A stretch of 64,000 bases of DNA from Nemertoderma westbladi (GCA_032718475.1 JAUCBJ010008603.1:11643-75642), one strand, 5' to 3'. Counted from the stretch's first letter, positions 47,976-60,061 are shown. Translations and numbers: made by a program. Notes: generated by a model not told the origin, from the sequence alone.

Positions 47976-50510
47976 ATGGCAAGTAAGCTGATCAGGAAGA
48001 GAAAGGCGGAGTCAGGAGGAAAAGAAATATTGGTGGATTTCACCGAAAGACACCCAGAGGAGAAGACGAGAGGATACTACGAGAGGTTGGAAAGGGGTCA
48101 CGCGGCACGAGCGCTGCAGGATCACTTCCGGGAGGCGCACGAACAGCGGTTGGTCGGGACCTACGGGACGCCGTCGCTGGACAACGCGATCTTCCAACAC
48201 TTCCACTACGTGGTGAAAGGAGACGAGGCGAAGTTCGGGATTCCGAAGTATCCGAGGGAATCGCCGAGGAAGGACTGGAAAAGATTCATAGAGTCCGTCA
48301 ACAGAGGAGGATATATGATCCTAGATGACGAGGGAACCGTGGAAGACGAAGCGGGTTCGAGACGAGGAACGGCAGGGTCGGCCAGGACCATACTCCTACA
48401 TTTGGCCGCGCCAAATGGGGACATCTTCTTATTCGATTTAGGGACGTATGGGAAGAAGGACGGGCCGAAATTAGACCGATTGCCGAAAGCGGTACAAGTC
48501 TTAGTAAGAGAGAAGTCGACGACGAAAGTGGGATCGGCGATTCGCGAGGACGCGGAGAGGATCATCGGTCCGGACGCCACCAACCTCCTGGATATGCAGA
48601 AAGTCTTTATGGCTATGACGGCACCGGATGGATTGGGGGTGGTCGAAAACACAGGCCAATGCGGGGCGGTGGCGATGGGCCAATTATTGGGGCTCGTATG
48701 CCACAAACCGATGGACTGGGGAAAGTTTAGGGAAGAATACGGAGCAGAACTGGCGAACTCGCTGAAGTGGGGAGCGAGACCGGGAAAGCAGGAGGTATAT
48801 CAGTTTCGCAGAGGAGCGATAAAGGTATATCAGAAGCGATATATCCTGCAGGAGGACTGGATGATGATAAGTTTGCTTAACTTATTCATGACCGTAGTCA
48901 TCGAGAGGGAACCAGGAGCATTTCTGTTATCGGGATCACCCCTAAGCTACAGGAGAGCCTTTAAAGTGGCCTTTGACGGTCTGGTAGACCACCCGGGGCT
49001 GAAGGGCGAGTCGGTGTACTACAACAGCCGACATCTGGTAGACGGGGAGACAGATACACCGTATCAGAGATGGGAGCAGCTAGAGGCGGACAGACGAGAA
49101 GCAAAGCGACTGGAAGAAGTCGCTAGACGGGAGAGGATAGAAGCAGAGGAGAGGGAAGAGGAGGCCAGGGCACAGAGTTACGGCTTCGAGGAACAGGCGG
49201 GCCTAGACGAACTTCATTGGACTTCGTCAGGGAGTTCGGGGGAGTCTCTAGGGCGAGAATTGGGATGGACGGTGGGATCGCCGAAACAGTCGACGTCGGG
49301 GTTGCAAACGATGCCCATACCAGTGGGCGCCGAGGGCGACCAACCGCCAAGGAAGTTAAGGGAGCTAGAGGGATGGAGAGCTACGGGCGAGAGTCAAGGC
49401 GGGAAGGGACATAGTGGATCCATCGGGATACCGGGATTGGAGACACTACCAGAAGAGGAGGACGGCGACGACGAGTTCGGAGAGATCCCGGCCATCGAGA
49501 GGATAGGCCACTCGGACACGGACTGGGTTGGCGGAAGGGTGGTGACAGCCAGTGGGGCGAGGGCCTTCTGGAACAGATCCGGCAAGCGGACCTGGGTGCA
49601 CGAGGAGCCGGCGATGGATTTCGCGGGGAGCACCATCAGGTTGGGCGAGCAACCGGGGACGGCACCACGGATAGTATTCGGGGAGACGATGCCCGAAAGG
49701 GGCGGAGAGATAGACGTAAACAGGGAGAGCAACGTAGAGAAGTTCACCTACCAGCGACTCCATAGACCGCGGAGATCGCTTGGGACGAAAGACGAGGTGG
49801 GACGGGAGACATTGGTACTCGGCTGCGACTACTGTGGGAGACAGACCCATCGGGAAAGCAGCTGCCTATACCGGTTCCAACGGGGAACCTTTTGTCTCTA
49901 TTGTAGAGAACCAAGTCACAGGATGGGGGCGTGTCCACGGTTGCATAACCGATGTCCAAAGTGCCACTTTCGGGGACACTACGGACGCGAGTGCGACTGG
50001 ATGAGCGACGAGGAGAAGTTCACGAGGTTCGAGGAGTGGGCCGACGTCGGGGCCATGACGCGCCAGCGCATGAAGGCCCAAGAGTTCAAGTGGGGTTTCT
50101 TCCTCATAAACCAGGAGACCCACATGGAAATCATAAAGCGAAGGTTACCGTTTACCTATCAAGAGGTAGCTACGGCGGCATCGTTCGCCGGAGTTATGAA
50201 CACGCAACGGTACCTGGACAGGTGGACACCAGAGAACCGGAGGGAGTTTAGGGATTTCTTGGCGGAACACGTACCAAAGGCAATGAAAATGATCCTATGG
50301 GACGCCACACGAGGGAGACAACCAGGCCATTCTGAGGGGCCACCGGCGAAGCGGTATCGGGCTTTAATAACACCAGCGCCCAAGGAGCCGACGACCGGGA
50401 TCAGCAAGGAAGTGGCAGCGAAGGTCCGGAAGCAGAAAGCGGATGATGCCAGAGGAGCGGTGATAACCAAGAAACGGGCCAGGGAAGAGGACGTGAGGAG
50501 GAACAGATAA
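47976..50510 (+). CDS. ORF3 of the BEL element: DnaQ/DEDDy-like 3'-5' exonuclease domain, acidic linker and three CCHC zinc knuckles
   Basis: ExoI-like MILDDEG, LLHLAAP..IFLFDL, LP.....LV......KVGSAIRED, ExoIII-like QKRYILQED. Knuckles CDYCGRQTHRESSC, CLYCREPSHRMGAC and CPKCHFRGHYGREC. Confidence 0.7.
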   Translation: MASKLIRKRKAESGGKEILVDFTERHPEEKTRGYYERLERGHAARALQDHFREAHEQRLVGTYGTPSLDNAIFQHFHYVVKGDEAKFGIPKYPRESPRKDWKRFIESVNRGGYMILDDEGTVEDEAGSRRGTAGSARTILLHLAAPNGDIFLFDLGTYGKKDGPKLDRLPKAVQVLVREKSTTKVGSAIREDAERIIGPDATNLLDMQKVFMAMTAPDGLGVVENTGQCGAVAMGQLLGLVCHKPMDWGKFREEYGAELANSLKWGARPGKQEVYQFRRGAIKVYQKRYILQEDWMMISLLNLFMTVVIEREPGAFLLSGSPLSYRRAFKVAFDGLVDHPGLKGESVYYNSRHLVDGETDTPYQRWEQLEADRREAKRLEEVARRERIEAEEREEEARAQSYGFEEQAGLDELHWTSSGSSGESLGRELGWTVGSPKQSTSGLQTMPIPVGAEGDQPPRKLRELEGWRATGESQGGKGHSGSIGIPGLETLPEEEDGDDEFGEIPAIERIGHSDTDWVGGRVVTASGARAFWNRSGKRTWVHEEPAMDFAGSTIRLGEQPGTAPRIVFGETMPERGGEIDVNRESNVEKFTYQRLHRPRRSLGTKDEVGRETLVLGCDYCGRQTHRESSCLYRFQRGTFCLYCREPSHRMGACPRLHNRCPKCHFRGHYGRECDWMSDEEKFTRFEEWADVGAMTRQRMKAQEFKWGFFLINQETHMEIIKRRLPFTYQEVATAASFAGVMNTQRYLDRWTPENRREFRDFLAEHVPKAMKMILWDATRGRQPGHSEGPPAKRYRALITPAPKEPTTGISKEVAAKVRKQKADDARGAVITKKRAREEDVRRNR

Positions 50511-51222
50511 GTTCCCGGAGACGAGGGAATGAGACTGAGACTGGGAAGTGGTGCGCCTGGAAGGCGCCGCATGTAACGTACGAACTATTAAGTATAAATT
50601 TAATTAATGCAAATAACTATATAAGTGCAATTTGTATGTACGTACGTAGTGATTAGCAGTAAAATACATACGTTTGGAGTAAGTACTATAGTCATACAAC
50701 CTTTCTCAATTAGCTACTGGGACTGGGGGACAACTGACTATGGCACTATGGACGAGACAACTGACAATTTCACGCTTCTTGAGTGCGACGGCACGAGAGG
50801 GGGGGGGGGAGGGGGTTCGTCAGGAGAGATAAAACAGTCAAAGTGGAGTTGAGAATCGGAATAAGAGTGCGAAGTGCGGAGAGAGTGCGAACGCAATTCT
50901 AGTGTGGGGGGGGAGAATAAGAGGCTGAGTGAGGGACGAGGAGGTCCGGGGGTATGAGAGAGTTAGGGTGAGAGTGAAGGTGAGATAGGGCGAAAATGTT
51001 GGGGAAACAAAAATCGCGTGAAGAGGTGAGCGCGATCGGCCCGACATGAGACGCCAGGCACACAGGGTAGCGTTATCATACCCAGAGGGAGCGGCCTGGA
51101 AAGCCGACTCCGAGAGAAAAGATTTCCACCCCACACCCGATGCTAGATCGGGATCCAGCGGGATTGTAACGCACTTTTTGGTTGATGCTATCTTCTTACC
51201 GGGAAGATAGCATGGGGGGGAG

Positions 51223-51760
51223 TGTTAGCTTATTCAATCCCGCCAACACCCCATAAAGTTATAAGCCGATAAGCAATATTGGGAGCCACGAGATTGGGCA
51301 ATTAACCAACTCGTGCCATCCCAATAAGAGTGGGAAGGAAGCACATAATAGAGGGTCAGGGGCCAAACCCCTAACCCAAGGAGAGCAGGTGGAGTGAACG
51401 GGAATACTCCACGGGGCGCCAACAAGGATATTAACCAATCAGAGGGGGGAATGGCATCGATTGAGTAGCAGTAAGGCCACCGTGCAATATAACCAATAAC
51501 CTATTAATCAGTGATTCAGTTATCTCAGTGCAGCAGTGCTAGCGTAGGGTACAGTCAATTAGTTTAGTTAGGGGATCACGGGACTTTAGTTACCGTATCC
51601 CGCCTACCGTATAATTCACAATATATCTATATCCTATAACCTATTATTATACACCGAACTTCAGAACTCAGTTATCTTTATTTCACTCTTATACACGGCG
51701 GGGACGCGTGGACTAAATCCCACATCGGATAAATCGGGATCCCTCCTGGATCCCGTCACA
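51223..51760 (+). repeat. 3' LTR (538 bp)
   Basis: Preceded by the polypurine tract gggggggag and matches the 5' LTR. Confidence 0.95.
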
Positions 51761-54314
51761 GGAGTGGACCAAAAAACGGGTTAGCTAGCAGTTGAAGCAG
51801 GACTTACCTATTAGTGAGTGGACCAACAAACGGGTTAGCTAGTAGTTGAATCAGGACTTACCTATTAGTGAGTGGGAGTGGACCAAAAACGGGTTAGCTA
51901 GCAGTTGAAGCAGGACTTACCTATTAGTGAGTGGACCAACAAACGGGTTAGCTAGCAGTTGAACCAGGACTTACCTATTAGTGAGTAGGAGTGGACCAAC
52001 AAACTGGTTAGCTAGTAGTTGAACCAGGACTTACCTGTTAGTGAGTGGACCAACAATCGGTTTAGCTAGCAGTTGAACCAGGACTTACCTATTAGTGAGT
52101 GGCCCAACAAACGGGTTAGCTAACAGTTGAACCAGGACTTACCTGTTAGTGAGTGGACCAACAAACGGGTTAGCTAGCAGTTGAATCTGGACTTACCTAT
52201 TAGTTAGTGGGAGTGGACCAACAAACGGGTTAGCTAGTAGTTGAACCAGGACTTACCTGTTAGTGAGTGAATCAGGAAACGGGTTAGCTAGCAGTTGAAC
52301 CAGGACTTACCTATTAGTGAGTGGACCAACAACCGGGTTACCTAGCAGTTGAACCAGGACTTACCTATTAGTGAGTGGACCAATAAACGGGTTAGCTAGC
52401 AGTTGAACCACGACTTACCTATTAGTGAGTGGGAGTGGACCAACAAACGGGTTAGCTAGTAGTTGAACCAGGACTTACCTGTTAGTGAGTGGACCAACAA
52501 TCGGTTTAGCTAGCAGTTGAACCAGGACTTACCTATTAGTGAGTGGCCCAACAAACGGGTTAGCTAACAGTTGAACCAGGACTTACCTGTTAGTGAGTGG
52601 ACCAACAAACGGGTTAGCTAGCAGTTGAATCTGGACTTACCTATTAGTGAGTGGACCAACAAACGGGTTAGCTAACAGTTGAACCAGGACTTACCTGTTA
52701 GTGAGTGGACCAACAAACGGGTTAGCTAGCAGTTGAATCTGGACTTACCTATTAGTGAGTGGACCAACAAACGGGTTAGCTAGCAGTTGAACCAGGACTT
52801 ACCTATTAGTGAGTGGACCAACAAACGGGTTAGCTAGCAGTTGAACCAGGACTTACCTGTTAGTGAGTGGACTAACAAACGGGTTAGCTAGCAGTTGAAT
52901 CAGGACTTACCTGTTAGTGAATAGTGATTGGACCAACAAACGGGTTAGCTAGCAGTTGAATCATGATTTACCTGTTAGTGAGTGGACCAACAAATGGGTT
53001 AGCTAGCAGTTGAATCAGGACTTACCTATTAGTGAGTGGACCAACAAACGGGTTAGCTATCAGTTGAATCATGACTTACTTGTTAGTGAGTGGACCAACA
53101 AACGGGTTAGCTAGCAGTTGAACCATGACTTACCTATTAGTGAGTGGACCAACAAACGGGTTAGCTAGCAGTTGAATCAGGACTTACCTATTAGTGAGTA
53201 GACCAACAAACGGATTAGCTAGCAGTTGAACCAAGACTTACCTGTTAGTGAGTGGACCAACAAACGGGTTAGCTAGCAGTTGAACCAGGACTTACCTATT
53301 AGTGAGTGGACCAACATACGGGTTAGCTAGCAGTTGAATCATGACTTACCTATTAGAGAGTGGACCAACATACGGGTTAGCTAGTAGTTGAACCAGGACT
53401 TACCTGTTAGTGAGTGAATCAGGAAACGGGTTAGCTAGTAATTGAACCAGGTCTTACTTATTAGTGAGTGGACCAACAAACGGGTTAGCTAGCAGTTGAA
53501 TCATGACTTACCTGTTAGTGAGTGGACCAACAAACGGGTTAGCTAGCAGTTGAACCAGGACTTACCTATTAGTGAGTGGACCAACAAACGGATTAGCTAG
53601 CAGTTGAACCAGGACTTACCTATTAGTGAGTGGAACAACAAACGGGTTAGCTAGCAGTTGAATCATGACTTACCTGTTAGTGAGTGGACCAACAAACGGG
53701 TTAGCTAGTAGTTGAACCAGAACTTACCTATTAGTGAGTTGACCAACAAACGGGTTAGCTAGCAGTTGAATCAGGACTTACCTATTAGTGAGTTGACCAA
53801 CAAACGGGTAAGCTAGCAGTTGAATCATGACTTACCTGTTAGTGAGTGGACCAACAAACGGGTTAGCTAGTAGTTGAACCAGAACTTACCTATTAGTGAG
53901 TTGACCAACAAACGGGTAAGCTAGCAGTTGAACCAAGACTTACCTGTTAGTGAGTGGACCAACGAACGGGTTAGCTAGCAGTTGAATCAGGACTTACCTG
54001 TTAATGAGTGGACCAACAAACGGGTTAGCTAGCAGTTGAATCAGGACTTACCTATTATTGAGTGGACCAACAAACGGGTTAGCTAGTAATTGAACCAGGT
54101 CTTACCTGTTAGTGAGTGGATCAACAAACGGGTTAGCTAGCAGTTGAACCAGGACTTACCTGTTAGTGAGTGGACCAACAAACGGGTTAGCTAGCAGTTG
54201 AACCAGGACTTACCTATTAGTGAGTGGACTAACAAACGCGTTAGCTAGCAGTTGAACCAGGACTTACCTGTTAGTGAGTGGACCAACAAACGGGTTAGCT
54301 AGCAGTTGAACCAG
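51761..54314 (-). repeat. 54-bp tandem array (~47 copies); unit = last ~47 nt of the VMAT exon + GTAAGT donor
   Basis: Minus-strand unit cctggttcaactgctagctaacccgtttgttggtccactcactaacag|gtaagt, encoding [16 protein letters not shown]. Confidence 0.97.
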
Positions 54315-54550
54315 GGCTTTAGAAGCGAACATGATACCAACTTGTCCGTTCTCCCGCGACAGATCAACTCGATTATAGTTGTTTGAGGAATTCCGTTTGA
54401 TGTTGTTACCATAATGGCCCGGTACAATCCCTTGGCCCCCCCATGGTGGAGTGTGGTTCGTCGGCGAAACACTAAGGGTGTCACCGGACAAGTCTGTGTG
54501 CGTTTCATTGGGGTATTGCAGTTTATAGAGATAGTCGGGAATTATTGGCA
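54268..54550 (-). CDS. VMAT: Vesicular monoamine transporter (SLC18A family) internal exon (VPIIPDYL...[29 protein letters not shown])
   Basis: tttag|TG acceptor and AG|gtaagt donor. VPIIP and [18 protein letters not shown] are SLC18A signatures. No other exons were recognised in the window. Confidence 0.88.
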
Positions 54551-55552
54551 CTAAAGGGGATGAAAAATGTCTGTTAGAACTAATGATATTAACCCGTCTC
54601 TGATCTAAACTGGCTCGTCTAACCCAAATATGTGTTTACACCTTAATGTCACGAGCTGGTCTAACTATTTTAGAAACTACGTTTCGAGTTGGTATGAACA
54701 CAAATTTGTGTTTTAGTAAGTATTGTCTGATTTGGTGAGATGTTTTTTATGAGTTTTATCCCACTTGGTCAGCGTTTTTCTTTGGATATTATAATTATTT
54801 AGATGTTCATGTACAAAAATCTTTCTATTAAAATAAGGAGAAAATTGTTTTTTTTAATTGTATCTGATGTATTTTACATTAAATACAAGATAAACATTTA
54901 AACAGTTAAGACAGACAGTTAGACAAACAGTTGTAATCAGATAGATAAACAGTTAATCAGAGTCTGAGTTAATGTGGCTATCATCTGTCCCATAACTTTT
55001 TTCGTATGATAGTTTTCAAAGCAGTCGAGGACACATTGTGGCACATTACATCTGAAGCACATGGTAGACACACACTGATATTTAAAAGTAACTATTTATT
55101 AACTTAGGCTTAGGAATAAAAGTAGGGGCCATTTTATTTAAACTCCATATTTCATGAGCAAGTTGCGAAAAATTAATAAACGAGACAGGAGTTAACGGCT
55201 ATTTTTCTTAATATAATAAATAAGAACTGTAAATAAATAATTATGAATAAATTAAAATAGTAAATAAATAATAATAAATTAAAATAATAAATTCATTAAT
55301 AAACAAGTTTCTCCAATTTGATAACATGAATCGAATGAATACCGGAGTAGAAAAGTTTTCAAAAAATCCCTCCAAATAAAGATGATAGTTAAAAGAGTAA
55401 AATATAGTTATTTACACAGTGGGTCTAGCAATCCGTTGATACTAAAACGAAGTAACGAAAAACCATTTATATAAGTTTATTGGGTTTTGGGATATTGCAG
55501 CCGAAGTCTTGAGATTCAGTTATTGTTATACTGTGAAGCATACCTGTGGGAA

Positions 55553-56980
55553 TGCAACTTAAATGAGGTGCAACTTAAGTTGGTGCCAGTTCCCAAGAAG
55601 GGCAACCTAACACTCTATGGTTCTTTTCGGGGAATCTCATTGATCTCGATTGCTGCAAAGCTATACAATAGGATTCTATTAAATCGCATCAGGGATCCCA
55701 TTGAGAGACTGCTCCGTGGAAATCAGAATGGGTTCCGTAAAGGTCGTGGGTCCATGGAACCCATTTTGGCACTTAGAAGGATAATTGAAGAATTATCAAA
55801 AAAGAAAGACAGGCATCTGGCTGTTATCTTTGTTGACTTCTTCAAGGCCTTTGATTCAGTCTCTCGGTCACGTATGTTCAGCATACTTTCATTATATGGG
55901 ATTCCTGATGAAATTATTGCAGCAATCAGATCAGTATACGATGGTTCGACAACATTTGTGTCTACTGTTGACGGTGACACAGAACCATTTGAAGTGTTAT
56001 GGGGCGTCCTCCAAGGAGACACACTTGCACCATTCTTGTTCATTATTGTGGTTGACTATGTTCTACGCATGTCCTTAGATCATCATAATGATGATGGGGT
56101 GATGATAACTCCACCTACTGGCTCCAGAAGTCGAGGAAATCCTGCCAAGTACCTAACTGATCTAGACTTTGCTGATGACTTAGGAGTACTCTCAGAATCA
56201 TTAGAGGGAGCCCAACGGCTCCTCAGCTCATTAGAACATGCTGCTTCTAGTGTTGGTCTTTTTATTAACTCCAGAAAGACCAAAATTCTGCCAGTTAACT
56301 TTGAAAGTCCTCAGCAAGTCTCTGATCGGATGAGCATAAGCTCAAAAGATGGTATGCTTGAGCATGTGGACGACTTCTGTTACCTGGAATCATGGATCCG
56401 GATGTCAGGTGAGGACCTTCGAATACGTAAGGGAAAGGCATGGGCAGCCTTGAATAGGCTTTCCAGGATTTGGAAGTCACCTAGAATTAATCGGAAACTT
56501 AAGGTCCGATTATTTAGAGCAGCAGTAGTTCCAGTACTCCTCTACGGGAGTCCATGCTGGGCTCTAACTGCTGAGGACACCAAATCTCTGGATGGCACAT
56601 TCACAAGAATGCTACGCCGGGTTCATTGTGTCAAGTACAATGCACACATCTCCAACCAGACACTATATAAAATTGGAGGTGTCTCATTGGTTCCCCCAAG
56701 CTTGACACTAGAACAAAATCGCCTCCGCTTTGCAGGACATTGCTTTCGCCGTGAGGACCAGCCAGTGCATAATCTTGTACTTTGGCAGCCTAATGGAGTG
56801 AATAAGCATGGCGGACAGCCCATGACTTTCTTGAGACGCATCTTAAAGGACACTGGCCTTAAAGAACCGGATGATCTAGCAAATGTCATGGGTGATAGGG
56901 AGTTGTGGCGGTGCAATTTTGTTGACAAGCCGGCACAGCATTCTTAAAAATGCAGCTGCAATGCAGCATGCCGATCCTAG
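55553..56980 (+). mobile_element. 5'-truncated RTE LINE with an open RT frame and a 12-bp target-site duplication
   Basis: RT motifs PVPKKG, QNGFRKGR, FVDFFKAFDSV, GVLQGDTLAPFLF and FADD. tacctgtgggaa occurs at 55541-55552 and 56981-56992. Confidence 0.9.
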
Positions 56981-57744
56981 TACCTGTGGGAAAACCTTAT
57001 GTGTGGGCGTTGGGGATGCCAAACTGGCAGATATGAGGTATCGGAAGAAAGCCCATAAGCAGGGCTATCTAGTAGTGGTAATCTTTTGTTCGTCCGACAT
57101 AATGTTATAAAACGGCCATTACTTAAACTTTTCTATATTTTAGAATCTTTCTCACACCACTGTGTCTGCCATAGTGGGCGATTTGAGATGATTCAACTAC
57201 CATTGTGTAGCTCTACATTCAAGCGATTGAATGGCGGTAATGATAAACCCATAGGGATTTATTAAGTAGTAGTATTATAGGAATACGTAAAATATGTCTA
57301 AAACACAAAAAAGCGCCAGAACCAAGTGGATAGCCGCTCAGGCAAACACATATTTGTGTTCTTACCAACTCGGAGAACGTCAATCGATTTTTTCCCACCA
57401 GTTTGCGTAGATTCACATAAAACACAAATTTGTGTTTCTACCAAGTCAGATGACTTTACAAATTTATACCTGACCAAATGCGATAGAAATTGATAAAACA
57501 CAAATTTGTGTTCCTACCAAGTCGAAACAAAAGTAAATTAAGACGCTGACCAGTTTACGTGTAAACGATTAAAAATATGTGTGGGGGGGGGGGGGGGGGG
57601 GGTGCATAAGAAATGAAATCTTGCAATCAGAAAAATGGCTATATTATGAGTCATGGTATACAAGTGTGGAATTGTAGGAGAAGAGGTAGGATCACCTGTA
57701 ATTCCAACCCAAATTCACAATTGATTAAATTACACCATGCCCCA

Positions 57745-58612
57745 GAATATAGTTTCGTAATTCAATGATATGACCCCCAAAAAAAAAAAAATTTCTACAA
57801 ATCTTAATGATGAGATTGCATGAAATTTGAAACAGAGAACTTTCACCCCCCCCCCCCCCCCCCCCCCCGCCTTAGTAGGTGAGCCATAATTTTATTTTCG
57901 TTTTCAATCTTTAGCTACAAGCGTTTAAAAAAAGGATGTTATACCAGTTACATTGCAGTTATTCTTCTACCTGATTGCTGTTTGTTGGTACTATTAGAAA
58001 GCTGGCAGTGCAAGGATTCAAAATATGTAACACAATTGGAATTTCGTTGAAAAATAGCTGAGATATGAGTGTTCAAAAGTTGCATGGTTATGCAACTGAG
58101 CTTGTCTATTTTATTCTATTCAATAAACACACCATGTTCTAGAATTACATACATTTTGTTAATGCATGAATAGCTTCCGCAGCAGGGCTTTATTCTATTT
58201 AATAAATGCATCATATTCTGGAACAATTGTTTATCCCAAACGTAGCTGGGCAACAATGCATTACATCTTTAATCATACCATTACGTAGCTATTCATACAT
58301 TAACGAAATGTTCCAGAATATGGTGTATTTATGTTACTTTTGAACCCTCATATCGCTATATACGCTTTCCATTGGTACAAAGAAACAACCATAAGGTAGA
58401 ATAATAACTGCGGTGTAACTGGTGCAATATCGTCGGAGACACCTTTTTTAAACGCTTGTAGCTAAAGAATGAAAGCGAAAATAAAAATTCTGCTCACCCA
58501 GTAAGGAGAAGGGAGGTGAAACTATAACTGTTTCAAGTTTCATGCAATATCATTAAGATTTGTGGAAAATGTGGGATGGGGGTCATGTCATTGAATTACG
58601 GCACTATTTTCG
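57745..58612. mobile_element. Foldback/MITE-like element with long imperfect inverted arms
   Basis: cgtaattcaatgatatgacccc pairs with ggggtcatgtcattgaattacg, and tctttagctacaagcgtttaaaaaa pairs with ttttttaaacgcttgtagctaaaga. Confidence 0.7.
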
Positions 58613-58622
58613 GAATCATTTT

Positions 58623-59179
58623 CACGTTGCTTATCAATTGAAAGCGGAGAGTCTTGCGCGTCTTTTGACACTATAACTAATTAAATTCATGGCAGGGCTG
58701 ACTTATTCCGGTCCAGTCGACAAGTAATGTACGATGCTGCCATAAGTGGCCGATTAATTACGACTGTCGGCATTTGTTTATTCCGTTAGCGGTAAGGCCA
58801 TAGTTCGGAGTTCCAACCTGTATTGAGTCCGGAAAGGCCTACAGATTATATTCATAATAACACTAAACTTGTAGTACAGGTCAACCGGTACTATAATACT
58901 AAATTGGTAGTAGGCTACTCAGCTCCTCGGAATATTAAAAGTGTCTACCACTTGTGGTACCGGTAGCGTAAGAGCGGTAGGTTTACCCAACTTAATGAAG
59001 TGAACTGCAATACTCTGATATCTCATGCAATAGGCTGAGTGCTTACATACCGGTCAGGCAATCTGCCGAGTTTACAATTGTGAACAGCATTTTATCAATG
59101 TTCCTCATCATGAATTTAATTAATTGTAGTGTCAAAAGACGCGCAAGACTCTCCGCTTTCAATTGATATAAGCCACGTG
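58623..59179. mobile_element. MITE with ~65-bp terminal inverted repeats
   Basis: tatcaattgaaagcggagagtcttgcgcgtcttttgacacta pairs with tagtgtcaaaagacgcgcaagactctccgctttcaattgata. Confidence 0.75.
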
Positions 59180-59848
59180 TGAAATGATTGAGATTTAATG
59201 TGTATTTGAATCGATCGAAAATCTCTCTCCATAGAAACCAAGATAAAAAATTATCAGATCACTGCGTAATGACGTCAAATATGTAGCAGCCAATCACAGC
59301 CGATTTTCAAAATTGGCTTCCCGCGCTTACTTAAACCCGCCATTTCGACCGTTTCCTCGTGTTTTTACAAAAAACACACCCCGCCACTCGATTCAGGGCA
59401 CCTTCTTACCCCTTATTCGATTGTTTCTAGCCCAACAACTTTTAAATCTGCAGCATTCTTTTAAATCTGCAGTTAAATCTCATCTCCGTGTGCAATGTAA
59501 AAATAGGTACAATAGTCCTACAGTAAGTTATTAGTTTATTAATTATTTACTATTTATACTGTAATTACGTTTTATAATAAATTGTTCTGTACATTACATC
59601 TTTATCGTTGAGTCGGGCATTGTCACGCTCTCGGTAAAGTTGTACATGTACATAGTGTAATTACGTTTTATATTGGTTTTAGGTTAGCGTAGTGTAATAT
59701 TGTATTTGTAACCAAGTAACATAAAGGACCCCCTTGGAAATAAGCTGCAAAGCTTTAGGGGTAATCCTATATGTTATGTTGGACAATACCTTTATACCGG
59801 TACATTGTTTGGTGTATTTGTTATTGTTTTTACATAATGTATAAATAA

Positions 59849-60061
<213 letters not shown>

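Larger units (their letters stand above)
37287..51760 (+). mobile_element. Full-length BEL/Pao LTR retrotransposon with an additional 3' ORF
   Basis: TG...CA LTRs at 37287-37825 and 51223-51760 (~98% identical by eye). Polypurine tract at 51214-51222. Gag-PR-RT-RH-IN domain order. Confidence 0.95.

Noticed and set aside
3944-54314. CRISPR arrays
   Set aside because: Units are head-to-tail with no unique spacers, there are no cas genes, and the context is eukaryotic.
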